The notes under the pieces are model-generated. The model was not told the DNA's origin and searched no databases. It saw only the letters and a list, made by a program, of their open reading frames with translations. The translations under genes and the position numbers were made by a program. Positions 1 to 9,477 of a stretch of 57,373 nt of DNA are shown here, piece by piece. Position 1 is the stretch's first letter. Each line of letters begins with the position of its first letter. The DNA comes from a virus (Duplodnaviria > Caudoviricetes): positions 1-57,373 of IMG/VR virus record IMGVR_UViG_3300031759_000022. One strand, given 5' to 3'.

Positions 1-2
1 CG

Positions 3-266
3 CCCCTGGTTGCCAAAGGAAAAATCTACATACCCGAGGACGCCAAACTTAAAGGTGAATACGCAGAATGGTCAAAACGTTTCTTGCGCCAAGTCTGTTC
101 ATTTCCAGAAGCAGGGGGGCATGATGATTATGTTGATAGTTTATCCCAAGCATTAAGAATATTAAGGGATTCAGGCTGGATTCGGTTAGATCCCCTACCC
201 GCCCGAGATTATAACTATGCAGATGAGGACCCAAAACGACGAATTGCAAATCCTTATGCACAATAA
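3..266 (+). CDS. terL: Terminase large subunit, C-terminal nuclease end (5' truncated by window edge)
   Basis: Frame is open from base 3 (PLVAKGKIYIP...FPEAGGHDDYVDSLSQAL). HDDxVD is the RNase H-like TerL motif, and the gene lies directly upstream of the portal. Confidence 0.85.
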   Translation, partial: PLVAKGKIYIPEDAKLKGEYAEWSKRFLRQVCSFPEAGGHDDYVDSLSQALRILRDSGWIRLDPLPARDYNYADEDPKRRIANPYAQ

Positions 267-267
267 A

Positions 268-297
268 GGGCGGATTCCCGTACTTTATTGCATTAGT
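268..297 (+). promoter_or_regulatory. Putative phage late promoter, copy 1 (GGGCG-N16-TGCATTAGT), upstream of portal
   Basis: GGGCG 268-272, TGCATTAGT 289-297; same motif and spacing recur at other intergenic sites. Confidence 0.75.
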
Positions 298-335
298 GTA
301 TATAGGGAAGTCTATCCAACAAATTTATAGAGCTT

Positions 336-3221
336 ATGGCACAACCACAACTACCGATCCAAAATGGCAATACTTTGCCTAACCTCGACAGCCTTGAAGA
401 TATCCATGAAAAGGAGTCTCAAGATGACGCGATGGAGGACTACGCGGAAGAATTTGATTTAGACGACGATGAAGTTGAACAGGAGGTTATAGAACTTTCG
501 GACGGTTCCGTGGTAATCAACTTTCAAGAAAAACAAGGCCCAAAAAAGAATCCAAGTTTCTATGAGAACTTAGCCGAAGTGTTTGATGAACAGACACTTC
601 AATCTTTGGCTATTGAGTATTTGGATCTGATAGATGTCGACAAAGAAGCGCGCGAACAAAGAGATAAGCAGTATGAAGAAGGGCTTCGTCGCACAGGCCT
701 TGGTAAGGACGCCCCTGGTGGTGCTACTTTCGACGGTGCTTCTAAAGTTGTTCATCCCGTCATGGCCGAAGCTTGCGTTGACTTCGCCGCTTCCTCATCC
801 AAAGAGTTGCTCCCACCAGATGGGTTGGTTAAGTCCAACATCAAAGGAAACTCCGATCGAAAGAAAGAAGATACCGCCGATCGTAAAGTAACCTTTATGA
901 ACTGGCAGCTCACTGAGCAAATTCCAGAATACCGAGACGAGATGGAACAGCTGCTGACCCAGCTCCCACTCGGCGGTTCCCAATTCCTTAAATGGCGCTT
1001 TGACGAAGAGCAAAAGCGTCCAACCTGCGAATGGGTACCAATCGACGCAATTTTGCTGCCATATGCAGCATCAAACTTTTACACAGCCCAACGTGTAACC
1101 GAAGTACAAGACATTACAGAAGATACTTTCCTATTACGAGTTGAATCCGGTATCTACCGCGATATTGATTCAGAGTATTCTTCCGATGCACCATTAAACG
1201 ATCAAACTCGCAGCCAAGAAGCTAACGATAAAATCGAAGGTAAACAAAACCCGTCTAAAAACATCGACGGTTTGCGTCGTGTTTACGAAATTACTTGCTT
1301 TATGCGGTTAGATGATGATCCTGAAACTGAAGGTCGTCGCGCCCCATATATTTTAACTATTGACGAAACTAGCTCTGAAGTTATTTCGTTATACCGTAAC
1401 TGGGAATCCGGCGATGAAAAACTTGAGAAGCTTGATTGGTTCGTGGAGTTTAAATTCATTCCTTGGCGTGGTGCTTACGCCATCGGATTGCCTCATCTTA
1501 TTGGTGGCCTCGCCGCTGCTCTTACTGGTTCTCTTCGTGCTTTGCTTGACGCTGCTCATATCAACAACAGCCAGACGATGCTTAAGCTCAAAGGCGGACG
1601 AATTGGAGGTCAATCTGATCGAATCGAACCGACTCAAGTAGTAGAAATTGAAGGAGCTCCCGGTGTTGATGACGTTCGTAAGATCGCAATGCCAATGCCA
1701 TTTAACCCACCTTCATCAGTACTGTTTAGTTTACTTGGTTGGTTAACAGATGCGGCTAAAGGTGTAGTCACCACTTCTGAAGAAAAGATTGGCGAAGCAA
1801 ACAACAACATGCCTGTTGGCACAACCCAAGCTCTTATTGAGCAAGGTGCTAAGGTATTCTCCTCAATTCACTCCCGTTTACACCGCTCACAAGCTAAATC
1901 TTTAGCAATCATCTCACGTATCAATCATTGGTACTTGGATGAAATGGATAATCAGTCCGGTGAAGAGATTGAAGTACGCGACTTTGCTTACAACAACGAT
2001 GTACGTCCAGTTTCAGATCCTAACATTTTCTCTGAAACTCAGCGTCTTGCCCAGAACCAAGCCCTTTTACAAATGGCTACCTCTGCACCTCCAGGTATGT
2101 TTAACCTTCGTGCAGTGTATCAACGGATTTTGGCTCAGTTAAAGATCCCTGCAATTGGCGAAGTGTTACCTAATCCCGTTGGAGTAGTAGAATCTAACCC
2201 CGCATTAGAAAACGTCTCTATGACAATGGGGCAACCAGCTGCTGCTTTCCCCGATCAGGACCATATTGCGCACATTCAGGTTCATTTAGAATATGCAAAC
2301 AATCCAGCATATGGCGGAAACCCTGTAATTGGGCCTGCTTTTGCACCACATGCCTTAGAACATATCAAACAGCATTTAACTTTACACTATTTGCAAGAAA
2401 TGCGTGGCTATGTTGCTAAAGCAAGTGGTGGAAAAGACAAATTTGACCTGCATAAAGAAAAAGCTCTTGATGGTGATGCACAAAAAGCATTAGCTGTTGC
2501 TTCACGTATGGTAGATAACGACGCTAAAACCAATTTAGCACCGTACATGCAGCAAGTTCAAGCACTAGCACAGAAAGTTGCACAAGCACAACAGTCCCAA
2601 CAACAAGCTTCCATGATGTCAGACCCAACAGCTGCGGTTATTATGCAAACCCAGATGGCTGAAACCAAACGCAAGTCAGAAGAAGCTCAAGCTAACATGC
2701 AACTTGATAGTAAAAAGATGGAACAAGACTACCAAGTTAAAGTTGCAGAGCTTCAACAAAAAGTTCAAGAGCTTCAAGCTAAGTATCAGACGCAAACAAG
2801 TATTGATAACCAACGTAATGCAACAGATATTGCCATGGCTAACATCAATAATGCTGCAAAAGAGCGTGTTGCTATGATTGGCGCACAAACACAGATGAGC
2901 CAACAACAAATTGCGCTTGATTCTGAGCAAAATCAATCTGCAATGGAGGCTATCAACGCATCTAATTCAGATATTAGGCAACATGGCTTAGCTGTACAGC
3001 AACAAACTTTCCAACAACAAGCTGAACAAGTTAAAAATCAAATCGCAATGCAAAATGCTCAGCAACAACACGCACAAGAGCTGCAACAAAACGATCAACA
3101 GCACCAACAAGGCTTACAACAAGCCGATCAACAGCACCAACAAGCAATGGTACAAGCAGCGCAGCAACAAGCTGCACAACCAGAGCAAGCACAACCAACA
3201 ACCCCTACTGAAGGACAATAA
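336..3221 (+). CDS. Portal protein with long Gln-rich coiled-coil C-terminus
   Basis: 961 aa after TerL; motifs such as GASKVVHPVMAEACVDF and YAIGLPHLIGGL resemble P22-type/environmental podovirus portals. Confidence 0.85.
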   Translation: MAQPQLPIQNGNTLPNLDSLEDIHEKESQDDAMEDYAEEFDLDDDEVEQEVIELSDGSVVINFQEKQGPKKNPSFYENLAEVFDEQTLQSLAIEYLDLIDVDKEAREQRDKQYEEGLRRTGLGKDAPGGATFDGASKVVHPVMAEACVDFAASSSKELLPPDGLVKSNIKGNSDRKKEDTADRKVTFMNWQLTEQIPEYRDEMEQLLTQLPLGGSQFLKWRFDEEQKRPTCEWVPIDAILLPYAASNFYTAQRVTEVQDITEDTFLLRVESGIYRDIDSEYSSDAPLNDQTRSQEANDKIEGKQNPSKNIDGLRRVYEITCFMRLDDDPETEGRRAPYILTIDETSSEVISLYRNWESGDEKLEKLDWFVEFKFIPWRGAYAIGLPHLIGGLAAALTGSLRALLDAAHINNSQTMLKLKGGRIGGQSDRIEPTQVVEIEGAPGVDDVRKIAMPMPFNPPSSVLFSLLGWLTDAAKGVVTTSEEKIGEANNNMPVGTTQALIEQGAKVFSSIHSRLHRSQAKSLAIISRINHWYLDEMDNQSGEEIEVRDFAYNNDVRPVSDPNIFSETQRLAQNQALLQMATSAPPGMFNLRAVYQRILAQLKIPAIGEVLPNPVGVVESNPALENVSMTMGQPAAAFPDQDHIAHIQVHLEYANNPAYGGNPVIGPAFAPHALEHIKQHLTLHYLQEMRGYVAKASGGKDKFDLHKEKALDGDAQKALAVASRMVDNDAKTNLAPYMQQVQALAQKVAQAQQSQQQASMMSDPTAAVIMQTQMAETKRKSEEAQANMQLDSKKMEQDYQVKVAELQQKVQELQAKYQTQTSIDNQRNATDIAMANINNAAKERVAMIGAQTQMSQQQIALDSEQNQSAMEAINASNSDIRQHGLAVQQQTFQQQAEQVKNQIAMQNAQQQHAQELQQNDQQHQQGLQQADQQHQQAMVQAAQQQAAQPEQAQPTTPTEGQ

Positions 3222-3445
3222 TGGCAACTAAAAAACAAGACGGTGGTGAATTAGGCTTCCGTAAAACATACAAAATGACAGGAACACCTGGTAATGCAGG
3301 CGGCCCTGGTGAAAAAACTATTGATGCAGGTAGTTCTGGCTCCAAGCGCGCTAACAATGCTGTACTTAACGGAAATAAAGTTAAGTCAAGCAAAGTTGGA
3401 CCAGATAAAAACTTAAAAGAAGTTAAAACTGGTAATTTCTATTAA
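3221..3445 (+). CDS. Small basic Gly/Lys-rich hypothetical protein
   Basis: 74 aa, TAATG-coupled to the portal. Confidence 0.65.
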   Translation: MATKKQDGGELGFRKTYKMTGTPGNAGGPGEKTIDAGSSGSKRANNAVLNGNKVKSSKVGPDKNLKEVKTGNFY

Positions 3446-3448
3446 TTA

Positions 3449-3478
3449 GGGCGGAATCTTTCATATTGTTGCATTAGT
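3449..3478 (+). promoter_or_regulatory. Putative phage late promoter, copy 2
   Basis: GGGCG 3449-3453, TGCATTAGT 3470-3478, 16-nt spacer. Confidence 0.75.
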
Positions 3479-3484
3479 AAGAGT

Positions 3485-3673
3485 ATGAAAGACTTTTTGT
3501 CCACAATTATCTCTCGTACGAGAGATGAAAAACGTAAAACTGCAGAAACTGTTGCTGCAGGATACAACGTACACGACTTTAGTGATTACCAGCGTTTAGT
3601 TGGCCGTCACGAAGCGTTCCAAGTAGTATTAGATATTATTGATGAACTTTTAACAGAAGACGACGAATCGTAA
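3485..3673 (+). CDS. Small hypothetical head-module protein
   Basis: 62 aa helical ORF between promoter motif and GroES. Confidence 0.7.
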   Translation: MKDFLSTIISRTRDEKRKTAETVAAGYNVHDFSDYQRLVGRHEAFQVVLDIIDELLTEDDES

Positions 3674-3693
3674 GATTCAGAAAGGATTGCCGG

Positions 3694-4134
3694 ATGGCAA
3701 TTGATTTTAATGTGAAGGACGAACCAGATACACGCTCAGAGATTGAGTGTTTTCCTGATGTAGATCCTGGTGTAGAAATTCTTGGAGACAGAGTATTGGT
3801 GCAGTTACGCCGAGAAAAGCTCACAAGTAAAGGTGGTATTTTCCTTGTGGAAGAAACCAGACAAACGTTGAAGTTTAACGAGACAGTAGCTAAAGTACGT
3901 GATGTAGGACCCTTGGCATACAAGAGTCCTGATGACCTAACACCCTGGCCTGAAGGCAATTGGTGTAACGTTGGCGATTTAGTTCGCACTATCAAGTACG
4001 GCGGAGACCGTTTTGTTGTGAATGCAAACGATGATGGCGCACCCGTGGTATTTATTACACTTCAAGCGCGCGAAGTGATCTGTAAGATCAAATCATTTGA
4101 AGCAGCACAAAAAATGAAAGCGTTTGTAGATTAA
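3694..4134 (+). CDS. groES: GroES-like co-chaperonin
   Basis: ILGDRVLVQ...TSKGGIFL...VRDVGPLAY...VGDLV...YGG matches the Cpn10 pattern. Confidence 0.85.
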   Translation: MAIDFNVKDEPDTRSEIECFPDVDPGVEILGDRVLVQLRREKLTSKGGIFLVEETRQTLKFNETVAKVRDVGPLAYKSPDDLTPWPEGNWCNVGDLVRTIKYGGDRFVVNANDDGAPVVFITLQAREVICKIKSFEAAQKMKAFVD

Positions 4135-4157
4135 CAAACTTTTGTAGAAAAGAAGAT

Positions 4158-5147
4158 ATGGCAGAAAATGAAAAAGACGTTCCTATTAAGGAACGTGAAG
4201 ACGGCTCGGTATTAGCCAAAGTGGAGTTTCCTGAAGAAATTGAGGACCACGAAGAAAAAAAACCAAAGAAAAAAGACGAAGAAGAGCACGATGAAGATGC
4301 AGAAGAGCATGCCGAGGAAGACTTGGATGATGACGAAGCTGCAGAAACTACCGAAGAGCGTGAAGCAATTCGAGAAGCCCGTCGTGAAGAGCGTAGACTT
4401 AAAAAAGATTTAAAAAAGCAACGCGATCTTTCCGCAAAGAATAAAATTAACGCACTTGAGCGCCGTAACGCGGAACTTGCAGAGCGTTTAGCTAAAGTTG
4501 AGAACACAGCCTCATCTTACCAATTTGCACAGTTAGACAAGTCCATTGAAGACGAAGCTACCCGTGTTGAATACGCTAAAATGAAAATGGTACAAGCTGC
4601 TCAGTCCGGTGATGTTGTAGGTCAGATGGAATTTTTAGAGCAACTAACAGATGCTAAACAGCGTTTGAACCAAGCTCAGCATTACAAAAAACAACAAGTG
4701 GATCAAGCACAAGCACCAAAACAAAACGTGCCAAATCCAATTACTACTGAGGTTCAAGCCAACGCAACACAGTGGCTTAAAAAGAACTCTTGGTATGATC
4801 CACAAGCTAGAGATATAGATAGTAAAATTGCTAAAGTAATTGACCAAGAACTCGTTACTGATGGTTGGGATCCAAGTGATCCTGAGTATTGGGAAGAGTT
4901 AGATAATCGTTTGCAATCCCGTTTACCCCATAGATACACATCTAAGGGTGGAAAAGAAACTAAACGTTCAGCAGGCCCAACAGCCTCTAGCCGTTCAGCA
5001 AATTCCTCATCACAAAAACCTGGAACTATTACCTTGAGCAAAGCTCGAGTTGATGCAATCAGGGATGCAGGATCATGGGATGATGTAGAAAAACGAAACA
5101 AAATGATCCGAGCATATGCTCGTTATGATCGTGAAAATAAAGGTTAA
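4158..5147 (+). CDS. Putative capsid scaffolding protein
   Basis: Acidic N-terminus, long coiled coil, W..KNSWY and YWEELD motifs; position before the capsid genes. Confidence 0.65.
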   Translation: MAENEKDVPIKEREDGSVLAKVEFPEEIEDHEEKKPKKKDEEEHDEDAEEHAEEDLDDDEAAETTEEREAIREARREERRLKKDLKKQRDLSAKNKINALERRNAELAERLAKVENTASSYQFAQLDKSIEDEATRVEYAKMKMVQAAQSGDVVGQMEFLEQLTDAKQRLNQAQHYKKQQVDQAQAPKQNVPNPITTEVQANATQWLKKNSWYDPQARDIDSKIAKVIDQELVTDGWDPSDPEYWEELDNRLQSRLPHRYTSKGGKETKRSAGPTASSRSANSSSQKPGTITLSKARVDAIRDAGSWDDVEKRNKMIRAYARYDRENKG

Positions 5148-5152
5148 TTAAA

Positions 5153-5710
5153 ATGGCAACGAACCCAAGAATCAAACGTGACTTAGAAGACCGTCTTTTA
5201 GATAGAGTCGAAGAAACGAAAGAACGGATCGCTAATGACGATCTATCCGCAGCATCCAAGAAGGAACGTGTAGCTGCGTTCCGTGATAAATGGCAGAACA
5301 GTGCATTACCGGATTTGCCAAACGGGATTATTCCCGGATTCCATTTGTGCTGGTTATCCACTACAAATAATTATGACAGTATCGACAAACGATTAGCATT
5401 AGGTTATGAACCAGTTAAAGCCTCAGATTTAGGAAAAGGCTTTGAAAACTTAGGTAAAATGAACGCGGGCAAGTTTGAAGGCTGTGTTAGCTGTAACGAA
5501 ATGGTTCTCTTTAAGTTACCAGAAGAAATCTACCAAGAAGTAATGCGTATGTTGCACCTTGAGGATCCCCTTGAGCACCAACGTAATATCACTGCTGCTG
5601 TTCGGGGCTCTGCCCAAGAAGGCAAAGGTGGTCGCTCAATTCTTGAAAGAGGAATTCTGGAAATGGAAAAGGAAACCGAAAAGGCGAATAGTAATGTTCG
5701 TTTTTCATAA
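5153..5710 (+). CDS. Head-module hypothetical protein
   Basis: 185 aa ORF with RBS in the head operon. Confidence 0.7.
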   Translation: MATNPRIKRDLEDRLLDRVEETKERIANDDLSAASKKERVAAFRDKWQNSALPDLPNGIIPGFHLCWLSTTNNYDSIDKRLALGYEPVKASDLGKGFENLGKMNAGKFEGCVSCNEMVLFKLPEEIYQEVMRMLHLEDPLEHQRNITAAVRGSAQEGKGGRSILERGILEMEKETEKANSNVRFS

Positions 5711-5737
5711 CATTCTTCAAAAACAAAGGAAATATTA

Positions 5738-6400
5738 ATGTCTACGACATACCAACCCTTTGGTCTGAAGCCCGCTTACCATCCAAGTGGTCTAGATCGC
5801 GCAACTGCATTCGTTGGCACAAACAGCTTCCAAGCTGCTACTGACAATTCATACAACGCGCCTTATGGTCTCACAACTGGTCAGGCTTTTTACCAATATC
5901 AACCAGTCGGAATTAATTCCTCTGGTCAATTAGTTCCTGCTGCTACTGCAGCTGGCACAAGCCGCTTCTACGGTGTATTCGACGGTGTTGAATTCACAGA
6001 CTCACAAGGTCGTCGTTCTGTAGCTAAATGGGCTTCTAAGCTCGCTTTAGATGCTTCTACACAAATCGTATTCTGGATTTTTAGTGATCCAGCATTGGTT
6101 TACGAAGCACAAGTAAACGGTTCTGTATTACCTACAGCAATCGCACAAGAGTACAATTTTGACGCAACAAACAACCCAACCGTTGGCTATGCTATCGGTA
6201 ACGGTGGTGCTGGCTTTAGCTTAACAGCTCTAGCTGCTACTTCAGTAGCTTTAGGCGCACAAGGTCAGGTTAAAGTTGTTGGATTAGGACGTGAAGCAGC
6301 ATTCCCAGCGGGTCAAACCAATGCTTGGGGTGATACATTCACAATCGTTCAAGTTCAAGTCGCTAACAGCCAATTGGTCGCTCCGTCGATCTCGGTTTAA
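5738..6400 (+). CDS. Putative capsid decoration/minor capsid protein
   Basis: PFGLKP N-terminus, GVFDGVEFTD motif, small-residue rich; immediately upstream of the major capsid gene. Confidence 0.6.
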   Translation: MSTTYQPFGLKPAYHPSGLDRATAFVGTNSFQAATDNSYNAPYGLTTGQAFYQYQPVGINSSGQLVPAATAAGTSRFYGVFDGVEFTDSQGRRSVAKWASKLALDASTQIVFWIFSDPALVYEAQVNGSVLPTAIAQEYNFDATNNPTVGYAIGNGGAGFSLTALAATSVALGAQGQVKVVGLGREAAFPAGQTNAWGDTFTIVQVQVANSQLVAPSISV

Positions 6401-6423
6401 TTAAAAACGAAAGGTAATAAGCA

Positions 6424-7341
6424 ATGGCAACTCCAATGCGTAGTACGGACTTTCGTGCGGTAGTCGAACCGATTATCAACGAAGTCTTTGACGGTGTTTA
6501 CGAACAACGTTCCGACGAGTGGAAAGGATTTGTTGAACAAGTCCAAGGTATTCCACGTAACTACCACGAAGAAGTAATGCTTTATGGTATGAACGCAGCT
6601 CCTGCAATGCCTGATGGCACTCCAGTTACCTACGATCAAGGTGGTACATTGTACATCACCCGCTTCATCTACCAAATCTATGGCTTGGCTTATGCTTTGA
6701 CCAAAGTTTTGATGGAAGACGGCGATCACATCCGTATCGGCTCAACCTTCGCTAAGCATTTGGCTCAATCCATGATTGAAACCAAAGAAACTTTGTGCGC
6801 TAACTTGTTGAACTTCGCGTTTACAGCTGGTTACACTGGTGGTGATGGCGTAACTTTGATTAACACAGCCCACCCAATCGCCAATGGTGGTTCATACTCT
6901 AACCAGTTATCCACAGCTGCTTCTTTGAGCCAAACTTCTGTTGAACAGATGTTGATTCAAATCCGCTCCGCTGTAGACAACAACGGTAAGCGTATTCGCC
7001 TCAAGGCAGAGCAATTAGTAGTTCCACCAGCACTCGAGTTCCAATCAGAAGTAATTCTGAAATCGGTTCTCCGTTCTGGTACTGCTGATAACGATTTGAA
7101 CCCTATCAAATCAACAGGCATGTTGCCTAAAGGTACACACGTGGTTACACGTTTGTCCTCTAGCAAAGCTTGGTGGGTTCAGACTGATGCAGAAAATGGT
7201 CTCATGCTCGTAATGCGTCGTCCAATGGAAAAATCCATGGAGGGTGACTTTGAGACTGACTCCATGCGTTACAAGGCTACTGAGCGTTACGCAACCGGTT
7301 GGCACGATGGCCGTAACATTTTCGGTACAGCTGGTCTGTAA
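6424..7341 (+). CDS. Major capsid protein (HK97 fold)
   Basis: 305 aa; GDGVTL..TAHP, LVVPPALEF and GDFETDSMRYKATERY motifs typical of this capsid family; followed by a terminator. Confidence 0.9.
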   Translation: MATPMRSTDFRAVVEPIINEVFDGVYEQRSDEWKGFVEQVQGIPRNYHEEVMLYGMNAAPAMPDGTPVTYDQGGTLYITRFIYQIYGLAYALTKVLMEDGDHIRIGSTFAKHLAQSMIETKETLCANLLNFAFTAGYTGGDGVTLINTAHPIANGGSYSNQLSTAASLSQTSVEQMLIQIRSAVDNNGKRIRLKAEQLVVPPALEFQSEVILKSVLRSGTADNDLNPIKSTGMLPKGTHVVTRLSSSKAWWVQTDAENGLMLVMRRPMEKSMEGDFETDSMRYKATERYATGWHDGRNIFGTAGL

Positions 7342-7371
7342 CGTTGTATTTTAGCAACAAGCTGTAATAGT

Positions 7372-7402
7372 AAAAAGGCCCACTCAAAAGGTGGGCCTTT
7401 TT
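7372..7402 (+). terminator. Rho-independent terminator after major capsid (possibly bidirectional)
   Basis: AAAAAGGCCCAC-tcaaaag-GTGGGCCTTTTT. Confidence 0.85.
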
Positions 7403-7403
7403 C

Positions 7404-7871
7404 ATGTATAATAACATTATGGCAAGAGATTTAGAAAACGCAAAAAAACTTAAAAAAGAATGGTATGAGCGTAATAAAACGCTTACTATTGAACGCGCAA
7501 TTAAGTGGCAAAAAGACAATATTGAAAGAAAACGTGAAATAAACACAAAATGGCGAGAAGAAAATAGAGAACAGCACAACGCCACAAATCGTAAATGGGA
7601 TGAAAGTAACAAACCCATCAAAGCAGCATTACAAGCTAAACGCAAATCAGCAATCCTTCAACACACCCCAGCTTGGGATCCACATGCACCCCTCATTATA
7701 GCAAAATATCAACTAGCCAATATGCTCTCTATAGCATCTGGCGAGCCATACCACGTAGACCACATTATCCCACTTCAAGGCCGTAAAGTATCCGGCTTGC
7801 ATGTCTTTTCAAACCTCAGAGTAATCCCCGGAGCAGAAAACTGCCAAAAATCAAACAAATACCCTGTTTAG
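7404..7871 (+). CDS. HNH homing endonuclease (start may be ATG 7419)
   Basis: YHVDHIIPLQG..VSGLHV..NLRVI...ENCQKSN. Confidence 0.85.
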   Translation: MYNNIMARDLENAKKLKKEWYERNKTLTIERAIKWQKDNIERKREINTKWREENREQHNATNRKWDESNKPIKAALQAKRKSAILQHTPAWDPHAPLIIAKYQLANMLSIASGEPYHVDHIIPLQGRKVSGLHVFSNLRVIPGAENCQKSNKYPV

Positions 7872-7900
7872 GGCGGAATGTCCTTATTTTTTGCATTAGT
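7871..7900 (+). promoter_or_regulatory. Putative phage late promoter, copy 3
   Basis: GGGCG 7871-7875, TGCATTAGT 7892-7900, 16-nt spacer. Confidence 0.75.
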
Positions 7901-7905
7901 AGTTA

Positions 7906-7990
7906 TAGGAAGATATATCCCATTCTGAATACCGATACTTCCCGGTACGACGACTCAGAGACAGTTTGGGGTTCCACTGAGATAAGGAAT
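7906..7990 (+). ncRNA. Structured leader RNA with two possible pseudoknots (resembles the Polynucleobacter-1 RNA motif)
   Basis: Hairpin TACCG/CGGTA whose loop CTTCC complements upstream GGAAG; GACGA-CTCAG-AGAC segment whose CTCAG complements CTGAG next to the RBS. Family resemblance is from memory. Confidence 0.55.
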
Positions 7991-7994
7991 TAAA

Positions 7995-8447
7995 ATGTCA
8001 ACAACATTCACAGGCCCATTACGCATCAATAAGCGTAACAACCCAACAAACAACGGCGTAATCGCCCCTTCAAACACCGGTGCAGCTGAATGTACCGTTC
8101 AAAACGCAATCGTTGGCGGAACAGCAACTACTGTTGTAATCCCTGCTGGCTCTATTATTGCAAACGTCCGTGATTATATTACTACCGCAGCTGGTACACC
8201 TGCAGCAACAAATATTACCGTAGCAGGAACAGTTGTAGGCACATTAACTGATGCTGCAGGTGTTAATGCTATTACTTTTGCTTCTGGTGCAACAGCTGTT
8301 GGCCTATTAGCAAACGTAGGTACTAGCGATGTAACTATCAGCTACACAGCCGGTGCTTCTGCAGTTGGTACGTTTAGCGTAACTTACACACCACGTAATA
8401 CTGACGGAACAATTACTCCTATTGGTTCTGGATTCACTAACTCGTAA
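7995..8447 (+). CDS. Virion structural protein (capsid-associated)
   Basis: MSTTFTGP N-terminus, IPAGS.I motif, Thr/Ala/Gly-rich beta protein. Confidence 0.65.
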   Translation: MSTTFTGPLRINKRNNPTNNGVIAPSNTGAAECTVQNAIVGGTATTVVIPAGSIIANVRDYITTAAGTPAATNITVAGTVVGTLTDAAGVNAITFASGATAVGLLANVGTSDVTISYTAGASAVGTFSVTYTPRNTDGTITPIGSGFTNS

Positions 8448-8457
8448 TTAATTGCCT

Positions 8458-8488
8458 CGGGGGCTTCGTGCCCCCGTGTTAACTTTTA
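8458..8488 (+). terminator. GC-rich hairpin / weak terminator
   Basis: CGGGGGC-ttcgt-GCCCCCG followed by a T-rich stretch. Confidence 0.5.
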
Positions 8489-8500
8489 AGGAAATTAATT

Positions 8501-9475
8501 ATGTCATTAGTAACAAGTTTACAACAAGTTCCAACTTACGCCCCCTCTATTACGCAACTTGGTCGCTATGAACCATTTCCCTTGCAAGTATCCCGGGGTC
8601 AAATTGTTGGGCACCAGCCTATTTACATCACTGGGTTTACCTCGCTATTAGGTTCTACAGCTTATGGGCCAGTATGGGAAGGTACAACACCATCCGGTGG
8701 CGCATACCCATATCCATCTACAGCACTACCAATGATTATTTCTAGCTCTGCAGTTGGAGATATTGGTTTTACAGTGCAAATTAACGGTTTAGATGTTAAC
8801 TACAATCCAATTTCAGAAACACTGGCTCTTACTAACTCTGCTGTTTTTGTGGGCAGTATTACAACAACGACTTTAACCGTATCTAGTGTTACAAGTGGCA
8901 CTATTACCATTGGTCAGTACATCACAGGTACAGGCGTTACCGCAGGTACTTATATTACTGCAGGTTCTGGCTTGTCTTGGACAGTATCAGTAAGCCAAAC
9001 AGTTGGACCAATTACTTTTATTCAAGTTGGTGGTTCTACAGTTAATAACTACTTCCGTATTAACTCAATGGTTTCTACTTCTGGAAATGCTGCGGGTAAT
9101 ATTACTCTTAAAGGCACAACCTCTGCTGCAATTTTCTATGCGCAGATCAATGCTGGTACAGGTAATACTCAAATGTCTTTATACTCTGTCCCTAATGGGT
9201 ATACTTTCTATCAACTGTTTTATCAGGCGGATGCAAACACTTCCTTAACTAGCGGTGGGTACAACAAAGTAAGAACGTATACCGCACCTGCTACGGGGCT
9301 AGGAACTACTTTATTTCAAGCGGTATACTCACAAGCACTTAGTATTCCAACTGACTATCCAGTAGCTTATGCTGGCGGAACTGATATTCAATGGCAAGTA
9401 GTAGCTAATACAGGTAGTCCGTATGTGGCTAATATCTATGTATCCGGAGTATTAATAAAAAATAACATTCTGTAG
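8501..9475 (+). CDS. Virion structural protein
   Basis: 324 aa, Thr/Ser/Gly-rich beta protein in the structural operon. Confidence 0.6.
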   Translation: MSLVTSLQQVPTYAPSITQLGRYEPFPLQVSRGQIVGHQPIYITGFTSLLGSTAYGPVWEGTTPSGGAYPYPSTALPMIISSSAVGDIGFTVQINGLDVNYNPISETLALTNSAVFVGSITTTTLTVSSVTSGTITIGQYITGTGVTAGTYITAGSGLSWTVSVSQTVGPITFIQVGGSTVNNYFRINSMVSTSGNAAGNITLKGTTSAAIFYAQINAGTGNTQMSLYSVPNGYTFYQLFYQADANTSLTSGGYNKVRTYTAPATGLGTTLFQAVYSQALSIPTDYPVAYAGGTDIQWQVVANTGSPYVANIYVSGVLIKNNIL

Positions 9476-9477
9476 TA

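Noticed and set aside
268-297. Recurrent motif as a sigma54 (-24/-12) promoter
   Set aside because: The GG to TGC spacing is far longer than the fixed sigma54 spacing.
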